Origin: Candidatus Ozemobacteraceae bacterium
GTDB lineage: Bacteria; Muiribacteriota; Ozemobacteria; Ozemobacterales; Ozemobacteraceae
Direction of reading: 5' to 3'
NCBI GenBank assembly: GCA_965140445.1
Contig: OZ223236.1
Coordinates: forward strand, 768,001 to 832,000
Length of the DNA: 64,000 nt
Below are positions 17,379 to 28,027 of the stretch, piece after piece. The translations under genes were made by a program, and so were the position numbers. Position 1 is the first letter of the stretch. The number at the start of each line of letters is the position of its first letter. The notes under the pieces were generated by a model. The model searched no databases, was not told the DNA's origin, and was given only the letters and a program-made list of their open reading frames with translations.

Positions 17379-19555
17379 GAATTTTTGTTAGAGGATTTCG
17401 TTTAGCATTTGGCATAATTTTATTTATTTGGATCGTGACCAGCGCTTATTTTCCTGTTTTTGCAGATGCTATTTCAGACCAGTTACTGTCTGAAGCTAAT
17501 GTTACTTCTGATCTCGGCGGCCCCCTTGTTGAAGTTTGGGAAGATGTAAAGCCAATTAAAAATATTGGCCCCCAACCTGGTAAGGGGTCGGTAATTTCAA
17601 ATTCAGAGCTGGCCAAGTATGCTTCAGTAGTTAAGGCAGCTGAAGGGCAAAAACTTTTGGATAGGACGATGCCTGCTGGACTTGCTTTTCCTTTCAAAAG
17701 TTTTGAAGATTTTTTGGCGCAATATTTTTATCTGGATAGAGGCAGTTTCTATTATCCTGATGGCTCTCCTCCTGTTTGGGGCTCTAAGGAAGAAATTCAC
17801 AGCTTCCCTTATGAGTATCCTGATACAAAGGATCCACATACCAGAAAATTCTGGTTGTGTCTTGGTAAAGGTGAGTTCAGTTATTTTAAACCAACTACAT
17901 ATGCTCCCGATTCTAAATCGTGTTTTAAGCATAAATGGCTTTGTAACTATCCCCCATGTAAGAAGGCGGTTAAAGAAGAACAGACTGACCCGGATGGGAA
18001 TAAGGTAAATGTTGAAATTGAACCAGAGGACCATAGTGGACAAAAAGATAACAATATTTATCTTGGTTTGAAGGACTACTTAAAAAAGAATTCTTTGGAA
18101 GTTTCAAAGGGATATCAGGATGAAGCCAGTGGAATGGCTTTTGAAATTAGAGTAAAAGATAGGACTCCTCCGCAGATCATAGGATGTGTGGGGGGTAATT
18201 TTCCTGAACTGGGTAAAACAAAACCTGCTACTACTGGTGACAGATACGAAGTTGAAGGGCTAAAAATTATAGATAATTCTCCCGGAGACATAGGGACATG
18301 CCTTTGTCTGGGAATGATTTATGCTACTCCAGATTTAAACTGGAAAAATAATGAAAAATGGATAACTGAAGATCCTATTTATGTTAAGCCTGGCTCAGAT
18401 GCTAATTATGTAATTATGCCTAATACCTGTAACGGTGTAATGCGTTATTCTGTTTTTGCCTGGGATAAATCGAACTGGCTTAATCCTGGGGAACCAGGAA
18501 TTAAACCAGATTCTCCAAAAGACTGTTATGGACTTTCTGATCCACCGAAGGGATATGCTGATCTTGGCGACGATCCTAAAACCGCAAAGGAGTTTCCTCT
18601 TACTTTCGGGGGCATGCAATCTTTGGATCCAACTGAAAGGCGTGGGACTGGATTTTTATGGGTTACAGATAATGATTTACCTAATGTACTCATAAAAATT
18701 CAATCAGTAAAAGATTCAAAAGCTGTATTTTTCCCTCCACCGATCGATCCTGCTTCCTCTCCTGGTCTTTCTATCTTTCCTCCCCAAGCTCCTGCTGGTG
18801 CTCCAAGCGATTTTAACCCCGGCAAGGATAGCTATGTCGAATTTTTGACCAAGGATGTGAAATCATCGGATGTTACTTATACAGCTGATATGGTAGGTGG
18901 AGCTGTTCCATATTTCACTGTTTTTCACACTGAGCCTTCCAAATATATGTCATTTGATGAGGCTAAAATGCTGTCTAAATTTGAGAAAAATGCAGATATT
19001 GATTTTATAAGGAAAAATTTAAGACTTGAAGACTTTAACTGCTCTGATACCAAGAAAGATGGAACAAAAATTATTTCTGATTCTGATAGTTTTGGACAGA
19101 GAAATGGTTTTGGACAAACAGTCGTTGTACTTCTTAAAGAGCCACTTCAAGAAGATGTTGAATACAAAATTAGTGTTTGGGCTGATGACAATGTTAAATG
19201 GAGCACTACCGAATTGTCAGGAGCTGTTTTAGATGATATCAGAAGCTTTAAAACTGGTGTTGTTAATGGAAAAATCAGTTTAAGGATTCCAAATCAAAAC
19301 CCAACATATTCTGCGAACCAAAATCTTGATCCTAATCAGTATATTTCCAAAGATCTAAAAGCTGTTTTTAGAGAACCAACCATAAAAAACCCCAAGATTT
19401 CTTCCGAAAGTGATCTTACAAGTGGAAGATTTCCGTTTGTAGAGGTTCGCGCTGAAGATTTTGTTGGAAACAGGAGAACGATACGACTTTACTTCAAAAT
19501 TTCCGATGAGAATCCGAAGATAAAGGTAATTGAGCGTAAGCATGGTTTATTTTAA
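17375..19555 (+). CDS. Large exported hypothetical protein (Cys-containing, possible Ig-like domains)
   Basis: Signal peptide; DRTPP and AEDFVGN Ig-type boundary motifs; coupled to pilin genes. Confidence 0.7.
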   Translation: MRIFVRGFRLAFGIILFIWIVTSAYFPVFADAISDQLLSEANVTSDLGGPLVEVWEDVKPIKNIGPQPGKGSVISNSELAKYASVVKAAEGQKLLDRTMPAGLAFPFKSFEDFLAQYFYLDRGSFYYPDGSPPVWGSKEEIHSFPYEYPDTKDPHTRKFWLCLGKGEFSYFKPTTYAPDSKSCFKHKWLCNYPPCKKAVKEEQTDPDGNKVNVEIEPEDHSGQKDNNIYLGLKDYLKKNSLEVSKGYQDEASGMAFEIRVKDRTPPQIIGCVGGNFPELGKTKPATTGDRYEVEGLKIIDNSPGDIGTCLCLGMIYATPDLNWKNNEKWITEDPIYVKPGSDANYVIMPNTCNGVMRYSVFAWDKSNWLNPGEPGIKPDSPKDCYGLSDPPKGYADLGDDPKTAKEFPLTFGGMQSLDPTERRGTGFLWVTDNDLPNVLIKIQSVKDSKAVFFPPPIDPASSPGLSIFPPQAPAGAPSDFNPGKDSYVEFLTKDVKSSDVTYTADMVGGAVPYFTVFHTEPSKYMSFDEAKMLSKFEKNADIDFIRKNLRLEDFNCSDTKKDGTKIISDSDSFGQRNGFGQTVVVLLKEPLQEDVEYKISVWADDNVKWSTTELSGAVLDDIRSFKTGVVNGKISLRIPNQNPTYSANQNLDPNQYISKDLKAVFREPTIKNPKISSESDLTSGRFPFVEVRAEDFVGNRRTIRLYFKISDENPKIKVIERKHGLF

Positions 19556-20201
19556 AAGAGATACTAATTTTGTTTTTTTAAGCAAAGGTTTCCAAAAGAG
19601 GTTTGGGATGAGTCTTTTGGAAATTCTGGTTGCTTTGCTTGTTCTTGTTATTGGGATTTTGCCGGTTATAGGCGTTTTTACCCAGTATTTTGGTGTAGCA
19701 AATTATCAAACTGACCAGGAAACCGCCTTAAAAATTGCTGAGTCGACGATGACCAAGTTACTTTCAACAAAGTATTCTGCCATTGCTGTAGGAGCGTCAT
19801 TTCCTTTAGATCTTGATTTTCAGACTCCCAGTGGTGCTTTTAGCGGGAAATTATTTTTTTCCGGAACAAGCGGAGAGAGCGAACTGGTAGAAATCGGAAA
19901 ATCCAGGTTTAAAATTGATTTTAAAGTTTCAAAGGTTTATCAGGCTTTCAAGGGTACTAATCCAGATAAAGCGATGCTGTTAAAATACCCTGCCTATGAA
20001 CCTCCACCACCACCAATTCCTTTGCCTCCGCCAGCTCCTCCTCCTCCACCGTCGCCACCTACAATACCTGTTTTTCCAGGAATGTGGGTTCACAACTACT
20101 TTTGTACAAATGACTTTCTTGCATTTCATTTAAAGGTTACCTATGGAAATCCTCAAAAAAGTGTCGATTTAATGACATTTAGAGCCGATATGAGTAATTA
20201 A
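19542..20201 (+). CDS. Type IV pilin-like protein (PilV-like) with polyproline insert
   Basis: KRFG|MSLLEILVALLV class III signal; exact start uncertain. Confidence 0.8.
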   Translation: MVYFKRDTNFVFLSKGFQKRFGMSLLEILVALLVLVIGILPVIGVFTQYFGVANYQTDQETALKIAESTMTKLLSTKYSAIAVGASFPLDLDFQTPSGAFSGKLFFSGTSGESELVEIGKSRFKIDFKVSKVYQAFKGTNPDKAMLLKYPAYEPPPPPIPLPPPAPPPPPSPPTIPVFPGMWVHNYFCTNDFLAFHLKVTYGNPQKSVDLMTFRADMSN

Positions 20202-20203
20202 CC

Positions 20204-20731
20204 ATGAGAAATAATAAAAAGGGAATGGCTTTACCGATTGTTGTAATCCTTTGCACAATATTTTTAGGCTTCTCATCAGTTTTAATTATTAATTCACGAA
20301 GTCAACGCGGAAACCATTCTGAACAACTGGATAAGACAAGAGCAATAATGGCTGCGAGAGCAGGATTGCAGATTGCCATTTACAAATTCAGGGTATTGCC
20401 AACTGATTTTTATAAAATTCATAAAAAAAGGATGGAGGCATTATTGAATCCAGCTAAATTAGCTGAGGCAAATAAGGCTTATTCAATTTGGGTTGGAGAT
20501 TTTGATACCTCTATTGATGGATCTCCAGCTAATAAAATGAAGAAGACTTTGGATTCAATGTTGCCAGATGATCTAAGCTATGACTTCGGTATTGAGGAGT
20601 TTAGGTTAGCTTCCAGTGATGGTAAAGGGTATGTGAAAGATTTTATCCAGATAAAGGCATGGGGTTCTTACGGAAAAGAAAAAAGAACTCTGGAGGAAAT
20701 AATTGAGATTCAAATTGCCGAAGACCTCTAG
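20204..20731 (+). CDS. PilX-like pilin protein
   Basis: KKG|MALPIVVIL (no E5), AARAGLQ motif. Confidence 0.8.
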   Translation: MRNNKKGMALPIVVILCTIFLGFSSVLIINSRSQRGNHSEQLDKTRAIMAARAGLQIAIYKFRVLPTDFYKIHKKRMEALLNPAKLAEANKAYSIWVGDFDTSIDGSPANKMKKTLDSMLPDDLSYDFGIEEFRLASSDGKGYVKDFIQIKAWGSYGKEKRTLEEIIEIQIAEDL

Positions 20732-21413
20732 TAAAAAAGGGTTAACGCTAGTTGAGATAGTTATAGCAGCTCTGGTTTTTGCTATTTTTAGCTGGCTGCT
20801 GATGCTTTTATATAACAGAGGCAGTGATTCTTTTAGAATTACTGTCTGGAAGCAGAACAGAAATGCAGAATTGATTTCTTTCTGGGCTGTGATGCGGAAA
20901 AATCTTGAAGAAGCATCTAATCATTATACTGCAACTCCAGGCGATGCAAATCCAAAGATAACTCCTTCACCAAATCCAATTCTGATACATCCTGATCCGA
21001 AGACTGTTGATTCAGGGCCAATTTTAGCCTGGAGTGTTTCCAGTGTTAACTTTGACTTTACCTCTGGCTACTTTAACCATGATCCTAAAAGATCTACTTA
21101 CGTCTTGATAAAGGAAAAGAAAAAACTCATTCTGGCCAGTGAAATTAATGGAAAGAAAAAGCATAGAATAACTTTGTTGGATGGAGTTGATGAGATTAGT
21201 TTTAAAGTTAGCTCAATAGTGGTAGACGCTTCTGACAACGAAGAGAAAATTGTTGACGGATGTGTAGCTGGGGCTAATGGATCTCTATTGGAGATCTCAA
21301 TTATGTTAAAACCTCCTGAGAAATACATTGCAGCTAATCAAAAGCTTGCGCAGAACAATAAATTCAGGTTAAATGTCGCTCCAAAATTCGATTCTAATCC
21401 AACCTATCCGTAA
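20703..21413 (+). CDS. Type IV pilin-like protein (PilW-like)
   Basis: KKG|LTLVEIVIAAL class III signal. Confidence 0.85.
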   Translation: MRFKLPKTSSKKGLTLVEIVIAALVFAIFSWLLMLLYNRGSDSFRITVWKQNRNAELISFWAVMRKNLEEASNHYTATPGDANPKITPSPNPILIHPDPKTVDSGPILAWSVSSVNFDFTSGYFNHDPKRSTYVLIKEKKKLILASEINGKKKHRITLLDGVDEISFKVSSIVVDASDNEEKIVDGCVAGANGSLLEISIMLKPPEKYIAANQKLAQNNKFRLNVAPKFDSNPTYP

Positions 21414-23085
21414 GGTATATGCTTTGCACATTAAGTTTCTTCTAAGATCAATTTTGGGCTTGGGTTTTGTTTTTTGCCTTTCTACAAAGCTTAATGCTCA
21501 AGAAGCTGTTATAAAAATTTATAATCCCAGCGATCCTGTTCCCTGGGTAGTAGCTGCCATTGCTATTTTATTGTTGCTTATAGCAATTGGAGTTTTAATC
21601 TATGTGGTTAGAAGTTCAATAGGCAAAGAAGTTAAAATGGGACAAGGAACCCTTGATAAAATTCAGGACAATTATTCAAGGAAAATTCGCAAAGAATATA
21701 ACGCCAAGCATGAAATGCTTGATAAAAAGATAAAAGAAGTTCGCCAGAAGTTTTCACTGGTAATTATGAAAGTAAGAAATCTTTTGACTACTTTGAATCC
21801 AGAGCAACTCTTTAACGCTATTTCCGAAATGCTGGAAGAAGATCTTGGGGTGAATCGCTATATTTTATTCTTGTTAGATCCAGATAAAAAAGAACTATAC
21901 CCGTTTAGGTGGTCTGGATACGCAGATGATATTCAGAAAGTTCTGTTCATTCCCATGGATTATCCCCACTTACTAACCTATTCGTTAAAAAATAAACAAA
22001 CAATATATAAGTTTAAAGCGCTTACAGATTTGACCATTAAAAAACTGGTTGATCGAAAGCCTGTTTCAAACACTCTGGTTGCTATACCTATTTGTGTTTC
22101 AGATCGAAATTTTGGTGTAATCCACATAGAGTCCTATGCAGATGGACATACAGAGCTTGAAGAAGATGAAATCAGGTTTTTATCCACCCTTCCTACTTTC
22201 CTTGGAAATGCGATCGCCAATGCGGACATTTTTGTGCAAACCAGAGAAGACTTAACTTCTGCAAAGAAAACTTCAGAACAGGAAATTGCAGAAAAAAAGA
22301 AATTGAAAGAGATTTTTTCCCGTTATACCTCTGCGGAGTTGGTTGATAATTTATTAAAAAATCCGGAACAGGTGGATCTTGGGGGAGTAAATAAAGAAGC
22401 GGCGATTCTTTTTACTGATATCGCTGGATTTACGAATTTTAGCTCGAAGCTGACCCCCAAAGAAGTTGTTTTGTATATGAACGAGTATCTTTCCAGGATG
22501 ACGGAAGTGATTTTGGATTATCAGGGGGAAATTGATAAATTTATTGGTGATGCCATTATGGCCAGGTTTGGTGTTCTAAGTGATATTGCTTATCCAGGCA
22601 GAAATGCTGTAGAAGCAGCATGTGCAATGCTAGAAGAACTTGATAAGCTGCATTCTGAATGGGCGGCAAGGGGAATTCAAAATTTCAATATAAGAGTTGG
22701 AATTGCCTGTGGTGAAGTCCTGGCTGGAAATCTTGGGTCAAAGAGAAGGCAGGAATTCACTGTTATGGGAACAACGGTTAACCTTGCTTCCCGACTTGAA
22801 GCATTGAATAAGGAATATGGATCAAAGATATTGATTGACGAAAATACGTTCAAGCAATTACCTAAAGGAATCAAATCCTTTAAACGGGAAAATGTATTTG
22901 TTCGAGGCCTTAACGAAGCTCAGACGGTTTATGAAATACAAGAATATTTAAGCCGGCCAAAGGTTGTCTCAATTAATCAGAAAATTCAAAAGTTGGATTC
23001 CGGACAGCCTGTAGGGAATGCTTCTGATGGGAAAATCTCTAAAGGACCGGTTTCTGGTTCTGGAAAAGGAAATGAAAAGCTTTGA
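21373..23085 (+). CDS. Membrane-anchored GAF-domain class III adenylate cyclase
   Basis: TM, coiled coil, GAF; FTDIAGFT, DKFIGDAIMA, EFTVMGTTVNLASRLE. Start may lie slightly downstream. Confidence 0.92.
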   Translation: MSLQNSILIQPIRKVYALHIKFLLRSILGLGFVFCLSTKLNAQEAVIKIYNPSDPVPWVVAAIAILLLLIAIGVLIYVVRSSIGKEVKMGQGTLDKIQDNYSRKIRKEYNAKHEMLDKKIKEVRQKFSLVIMKVRNLLTTLNPEQLFNAISEMLEEDLGVNRYILFLLDPDKKELYPFRWSGYADDIQKVLFIPMDYPHLLTYSLKNKQTIYKFKALTDLTIKKLVDRKPVSNTLVAIPICVSDRNFGVIHIESYADGHTELEEDEIRFLSTLPTFLGNAIANADIFVQTREDLTSAKKTSEQEIAEKKKLKEIFSRYTSAELVDNLLKNPEQVDLGGVNKEAAILFTDIAGFTNFSSKLTPKEVVLYMNEYLSRMTEVILDYQGEIDKFIGDAIMARFGVLSDIAYPGRNAVEAACAMLEELDKLHSEWAARGIQNFNIRVGIACGEVLAGNLGSKRRQEFTVMGTTVNLASRLEALNKEYGSKILIDENTFKQLPKGIKSFKRENVFVRGLNEAQTVYEIQEYLSRPKVVSINQKIQKLDSGQPVGNASDGKISKGPVSGSGKGNEKL

Positions 23086-23777
23086 TTAGACGCTCTTCAA
23101 GATTGGTTTTATTTGATATAGATAGAACTTTAATGTATGCAGGCAAAGGCGGACTTACTGGTATTAAGGCCGCAATTTCAGAAGTTCTGGGCGGTAGAAA
23201 TGATATTGAAGATTTGAACCTTCATGGCAGTACTTTTTTAGATATTGTTGATCAAGTTTGTAAAAGGGACTCTATAGAATTTCCTGACCAGAATACTTTA
23301 CAAATGTTTTACCAAAGGTTTCACGATGAAGTTGCCAAACAACTGCATAACGATGCAGAGCTTTTGCCTGGTGTGGAAAGTCTTTTGCAAAAACTGAGTC
23401 AGGAAGAAGATGTTTATCTTGGCCTGATAACTGGTAATACAACAAAGGGTTCTGAAATAAAACTGGCTAGATTTGATCTGAATCGCTTTTTTCCTATCGG
23501 TGCTTTTGGTGACGAGCTGCGAGAAAGAGGAAAACTGGTTATGCTTGCCGTAGAAAAGGCCAAAAAGCATTTTAAAATCGATTTTGAGTTGGAAAGAGTT
23601 TACGTGGTTGGTGATACGCCTCAAGATATTTCGGCAGCAATCTATAGTAAAACTCGAAGCATTGGCGTTTGCACCGGGCATTTTGGCGAAGAAGAATTAA
23701 AAAAATGTGGTGCTGATCTTGTGTTGCCAGATCTTGGCTTTCATAAAGAGTTTTTTAAATTTGTTTTAGAAAGCTAG
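23082..23777 (+). CDS. HAD-family hydrolase (phosphoglycolate phosphatase-like)
   Basis: LFDIDRTL motif I, LITGN motif II, VVGDTPQD motif IV. Confidence 0.9.
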   Translation: MIRRSSRLVLFDIDRTLMYAGKGGLTGIKAAISEVLGGRNDIEDLNLHGSTFLDIVDQVCKRDSIEFPDQNTLQMFYQRFHDEVAKQLHNDAELLPGVESLLQKLSQEEDVYLGLITGNTTKGSEIKLARFDLNRFFPIGAFGDELRERGKLVMLAVEKAKKHFKIDFELERVYVVGDTPQDISAAIYSKTRSIGVCTGHFGEEELKKCGADLVLPDLGFHKEFFKFVLES

Positions 23778-24829
23778 AGGTTTTTGGCTATAAGGAATTG
23801 CATTAGCTGGCCAGTTTTTCTTGCTCTAAGTAATTCTATTGAGGAAATTTCAACTTCTTTTTTGGAGTAAAAGGAGATCAAATATTGATTTCCAGAAAGT
23901 TCCACGTCAAAGTTGTTGGAGATTCTATTGCGGGAAATTTTAGGCGTAGTTGCTGCCCAAAACTTTGATGAAACTCCTGCGCTAGAACTTGAACTATTAT
24001 CGATTGAGCATATTTGAAAGTCATCTACGGCAAGTTTGTCCAAGAATGGGCCAAGAACCTTCACTGTTGATGGATAAATATCGTGAAGTAAAACTACTCC
24101 GCCTTTTGGATTGCCATTTAGTTTCATCTGACGAGAAAGACTGTTTAAAGTGGTTAAATGATTTTTGTTTTTCCAGTCTCTTGGATCAACAGTCCATAAA
24201 ACGATATCCATTCCTTCCTGCCTGATAATATTTGCAACCTGTTTATTTATTGCACCATACGGAGGCCTGAAATAGCGTGGTTTTTCTCCGGTAATCTTTT
24301 TTATTAAGCTATTTGTATGAAAAATCTCTCTTTCTATGGCTGCTTTTGAAATTTGGGTCAAATTTTTATGCCCAAAAGTATGATTGCCTATCAAATGACC
24401 TTCGTCATGAATTCTTTTTATCAATTCCGGGTATTTTTGAACTTGAAGGCCAAGGACAAAGAAAATAGCTTTTATATTTCTCTTTTTGAGTATATCCAGG
24501 ATTTTAGGAGTTGTCCGTGGGTGTGGTCCATCGTCAAATGTTAGAATTGCTTTTTTTTCAGATCCAATCATTTTGTAAATTTGAGATCTATTTATGAAGT
24601 TGCCGAGTTTGGTAAGGTTTTCTGCAATTTCTTCTTCTTCCATCATTGGGTTAGCCATGGTTTCAATCTTTACGGGAGGTGCAATCTCACCAAGTTTCTT
24701 GTTTATTGTTTCGGGGAGTTTGGTCATTGAATAACCCGGGCCAAATGCCACAAAGTTTATGGCAAAAATTGCGGAAAAAACTGCCAATAAATTGTAATTT
24801 CTTTTTTTCATCAGAAACCTTATCGGCAT
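23774..24829 (-). CDS. Polysaccharide deacetylase (NodB/CE4 family)
   Basis: LTFDDGP, GNHTFGH, FRPPYG, DPRDW, LLHD. Confidence 0.93.
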   Translation of the reverse strand: MPIRFLMKKRNYNLLAVFSAIFAINFVAFGPGYSMTKLPETINKKLGEIAPPVKIETMANPMMEEEEIAENLTKLGNFINRSQIYKMIGSEKKAILTFDDGPHPRTTPKILDILKKRNIKAIFFVLGLQVQKYPELIKRIHDEGHLIGNHTFGHKNLTQISKAAIEREIFHTNSLIKKITGEKPRYFRPPYGAINKQVANIIRQEGMDIVLWTVDPRDWKNKNHLTTLNSLSRQMKLNGNPKGGVVLLHDIYPSTVKVLGPFLDKLAVDDFQICSIDNSSSSSAGVSSKFWAATTPKISRNRISNNFDVELSGNQYLISFYSKKEVEISSIELLRARKTGQLMQFLIAKNL

Positions 24830-24912
24830 GTTTATTTAAAAAGATTATTGGAAGAGAAACAGAAAGTTTTATGCTATCTTTGTGCAGTGATAAAAGGATT
24901 TGATCGTTAATT

Positions 24913-25899
24913 ATGAATTTGAAATTTAATAAAACTGCTTATGTATTTCTTCTAGCAGTATTATTCAGTTGGAACAACTATATGATTTTTGCTGACAATT
25001 TTCAGAAGTCGGTAAAAGTTGTAATGCTTTCCAGGTTGGATTTCGTTCCTTCCCTGTTAGATATGGTTAATTTAACTCTCTCTCAGAGATTAGAGGCCAG
25101 CCTTAGTTTTACTTTTTTTCCAATGATGCAGAAAACCATTTCTGAAAAATTTTTGAATACAGACTTGTTGCTTGTGGAGCGCGGTGCTCCAGCAGAATTT
25201 TTAGATGGGGCCTTTGAAAACACAGGACTTCAGCTACCCCTTGTCTGGGTGTTAGCACTTAGAGATAAGGCGATAGATTATGTTCGGCAATCAGATGAGA
25301 ATAGTCTGGAAAATCTTGGGAAGCATCTTCTGTCACTAAGAGAAAAAGACTCTATCAGATACCCCTGGTTTGAGCCTCTTTTATCCAGAAATACCTTTTT
25401 AAATTTCCATACTGTTCTGGGGCCATCGCCAAAGCATCCGTGGCCAAAATTAGATGATAAGCGCAAAGAAAGCTTTTGGGAAAAAGATGGGGTAGTTGGA
25501 ATTCTTCACCGAGCTATTGAACAGGGAGCTTTGAACCCTTTGTCTGTAGAAGCCGATGAAACATTGGCTTACAAGGTTTTTGAATCTGGTGACTCTCAAA
25601 TGACGACAATGTGGGTGCCTCAGGATTATCTTGCTTCCAGTAGTTTAATTATTAGCGGGATGAAAGATGTTGTTCTTATTCCGTTTCCCGGATGGAGAGG
25701 GAGAAATGTGGTTCCCAGGATAGTTTTTCAGCTTTGGAAAAAGAATGGTTTAAGTGTGCCCATTGCATCAGAAAGCCTTGTTCCACCTGAACCAGATACT
25801 GAAATTACGTTTTCTGACCGAAGTTACTCAGGTGACCTTGCCTGGATAAAGAATCAGTATATTGAACTTTATGATCGATTAATTATGGGAGAGTTTTAA
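24913..25899 (+). CDS. Exported hypothetical protein (possible solute-binding-like partner of the kinase)
   Basis: Signal peptide; 1 bp from the sensor kinase gene. Confidence 0.6.
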   Translation: MNLKFNKTAYVFLLAVLFSWNNYMIFADNFQKSVKVVMLSRLDFVPSLLDMVNLTLSQRLEASLSFTFFPMMQKTISEKFLNTDLLLVERGAPAEFLDGAFENTGLQLPLVWVLALRDKAIDYVRQSDENSLENLGKHLLSLREKDSIRYPWFEPLLSRNTFLNFHTVLGPSPKHPWPKLDDKRKESFWEKDGVVGILHRAIEQGALNPLSVEADETLAYKVFESGDSQMTTMWVPQDYLASSSLIISGMKDVVLIPFPGWRGRNVVPRIVFQLWKKNGLSVPIASESLVPPEPDTEITFSDRSYSGDLAWIKNQYIELYDRLIMGEF

Positions 25900-25900
25900 A

Positions 25901-28006
25901 GTGTATGTTTCTCTAAGAATCAAAGTAATAACTCTGCTATTTGTTTTGTTAACCAGCCTGGCTTTGATAATGAACGAAAGATCTACCAACCTGATTTATG
26001 AAAAAACTCAGGAGATTTTTTCTCAGCGTCTTGAGCTTTTGAGAGAATCTATTGTCTCTTATTGGGAGTCTGACAAAAATCAGTTACTAAGTAATGCCAT
26101 GCTGTATGCAGAGTCAGAGAAGATTGTTAACTACTCAATTTATGGACTTTTAAACCTTCTGCAGCGTGAAATGGATAGCTTAATTTCTAAAACCGGATAT
26201 TACGGAATGGAAGTAAAGCTGCGTAGTGGACAAACGGTATCCAGTAGAAAAAAGCAAATTCAAGCTGGTGATGCTCTAGATTTGAATAAAACGGACTTAA
26301 ATCTTGCTCTTGTTGAGATTCAGCAGACAACAGAAGGAGTTTTCCTTTCTGCAGAGGTTCCGGTTAATAAATTAGGTGAGCTGGTTGGAAGGCTTTCTTT
26401 ACGCCGAAAGCTTGATGATACAAGGCTAAAAAAGATGGCCAGAAATCTTCAGGCTGAAATCACAATTGCAACCAGAGAAGGCGTTATGGCTTCTTCTTTG
26501 CCCGCAAGTATGAGAAGAGACCTTGTTCGGGAACATTACAAGAGTTTCGATCGTAAGGAAGATATTTTTAAAGTTCAGCTTGATGGGAAAACTTTTTCGA
26601 TCGGGCGCACGGTTTGGGGTAAAACTGTTGATGGGTCCCCTTTAATTGCATATGTAGCTGTTTCTCAAGAGAAAATGCTATCAATGGTTGAGCAGGCAAG
26701 AACGCAAAATATGACTCTTACTGCCTGGGTTCTTGTTATCTCTCTGCTATTCTCCTTTATTTTCTCAGATAGAGTTTTGATAGCTAAAATCCGGCAGATT
26801 AGAGATGGCGCAAATGTAATTGCCGAAGGTGAACTTACCCACCAGCTTCCAATTGTCTCTGGAGATGAATTGGGAGAGCTGGCAAGATCTTTTAATCGCA
26901 TGGCCCAAAAGTTAAAAAAGAACAGAGACAAGACCCAGCATTATATCGACAGAGTCGAGAAGCTTGCCAATTACATTCAGGATATTTTGAGGAGTCTTAG
27001 AACCTGTGTAATAACCTGGACAATTGATGGGAAGGTCGAGACCGCAAACGCTGCTTCAGAAACAGAGCTCGGAGAAATCTTCCCTAATTTGAAGGGGTTA
27101 TCAATTAGATCTTTTTTAAAAAAGGTGAATAAGAATTCAAGAGCTGATTTTATTGATGCACTAAGAAAACTTGATGAATCAAACAGGCAATTTGATTTGG
27201 AATTCGACTGGCCTGAGCATGGTGGTGCCAGAGTTTTTCAGGGAAGTTTTTCGTATCTGAAAGATAACGAGAAGCCTTATGGTTTTATTTTGTCCTTGAA
27301 TAACATTACGCAAAGAAAAATTATTGAGCAGCAGCTTTACCACGCGGATAAATTAAGTTCGATAGGGCAGCTGGCGGCCAGTGTAGCTCATGAGATAAAA
27401 AATCCCCTGGCTTCAATCAAAACCCTTGGTCAGCTTTTGCAGGAGGAGATTACTGAAGATGAGGATTGCCGCGAATACGTGGATGTAATAGTAAGCGAAG
27501 TTAATCGACTAAATGGAGTTGTCGAGCAGTTGCTGAAATATGCTAAGCCTGAAGGATCCAGTCTTAAAAACGTGCCATTTGCAGAGGTTATAACGCCGGT
27601 TTTATCATTGGTTAAGCATGAATCAGAGAGACATCAGGTGGTCTTAACTGCTGAATATTCACCAGAATTAAATGTCTACGTTGACTCAGAAAAGATTAAA
27701 CAGGTATTCTTAAACTTGGTCTTTAATGGAATTCAGGCAATGAAAAATGGTGGAAGCCTAACAATTAGAGCCTTTCAGGAATTTGATAGCCAATGGACTG
27801 CTTTCGAAATAGAAGATACCGGGGCGGGAATGCCCAAGGAAGTGGTTGATCGAATATTTGAGCCTTTCTTTACAACCAAGCAAAGAGGGACTGGGCTAGG
27901 GCTTGCTATCGTGAAAAAAATTATTGATCTTCATGGTGGAAAAATTGAGGTGTCGAGCATTACAGGAGAGGGCACTAAAATTTTAATCTATCTGCCACAA
28001 AAGTAA
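25901..28006 (+). CDS. Sensor histidine kinase (extracytoplasmic sensor, HAMP, PAS-like, HisKA, HATPase; NtrB/AtoS-like)
   Basis: Two TMs, DELGELARSFNRM, AHEIKNPL, NLVFNG, DTGAGM, GTGLGL. Confidence 0.95.
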   Translation: MYVSLRIKVITLLFVLLTSLALIMNERSTNLIYEKTQEIFSQRLELLRESIVSYWESDKNQLLSNAMLYAESEKIVNYSIYGLLNLLQREMDSLISKTGYYGMEVKLRSGQTVSSRKKQIQAGDALDLNKTDLNLALVEIQQTTEGVFLSAEVPVNKLGELVGRLSLRRKLDDTRLKKMARNLQAEITIATREGVMASSLPASMRRDLVREHYKSFDRKEDIFKVQLDGKTFSIGRTVWGKTVDGSPLIAYVAVSQEKMLSMVEQARTQNMTLTAWVLVISLLFSFIFSDRVLIAKIRQIRDGANVIAEGELTHQLPIVSGDELGELARSFNRMAQKLKKNRDKTQHYIDRVEKLANYIQDILRSLRTCVITWTIDGKVETANAASETELGEIFPNLKGLSIRSFLKKVNKNSRADFIDALRKLDESNRQFDLEFDWPEHGGARVFQGSFSYLKDNEKPYGFILSLNNITQRKIIEQQLYHADKLSSIGQLAASVAHEIKNPLASIKTLGQLLQEEITEDEDCREYVDVIVSEVNRLNGVVEQLLKYAKPEGSSLKNVPFAEVITPVLSLVKHESERHQVVLTAEYSPELNVYVDSEKIKQVFLNLVFNGIQAMKNGGSLTIRAFQEFDSQWTAFEIEDTGAGMPKEVVDRIFEPFFTTKQRGTGLGLAIVKKIIDLHGGKIEVSSITGEGTKILIYLPQK

Positions 28007-28027
28007 GAAAATTTAAAGGAGCTTATC

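Noticed and set aside
23774..23777. 4-bp overlaps of convergent stop codons (also 62988..62991)
   Set aside because: Common in compact genomes; no evidence of a regulatory role.
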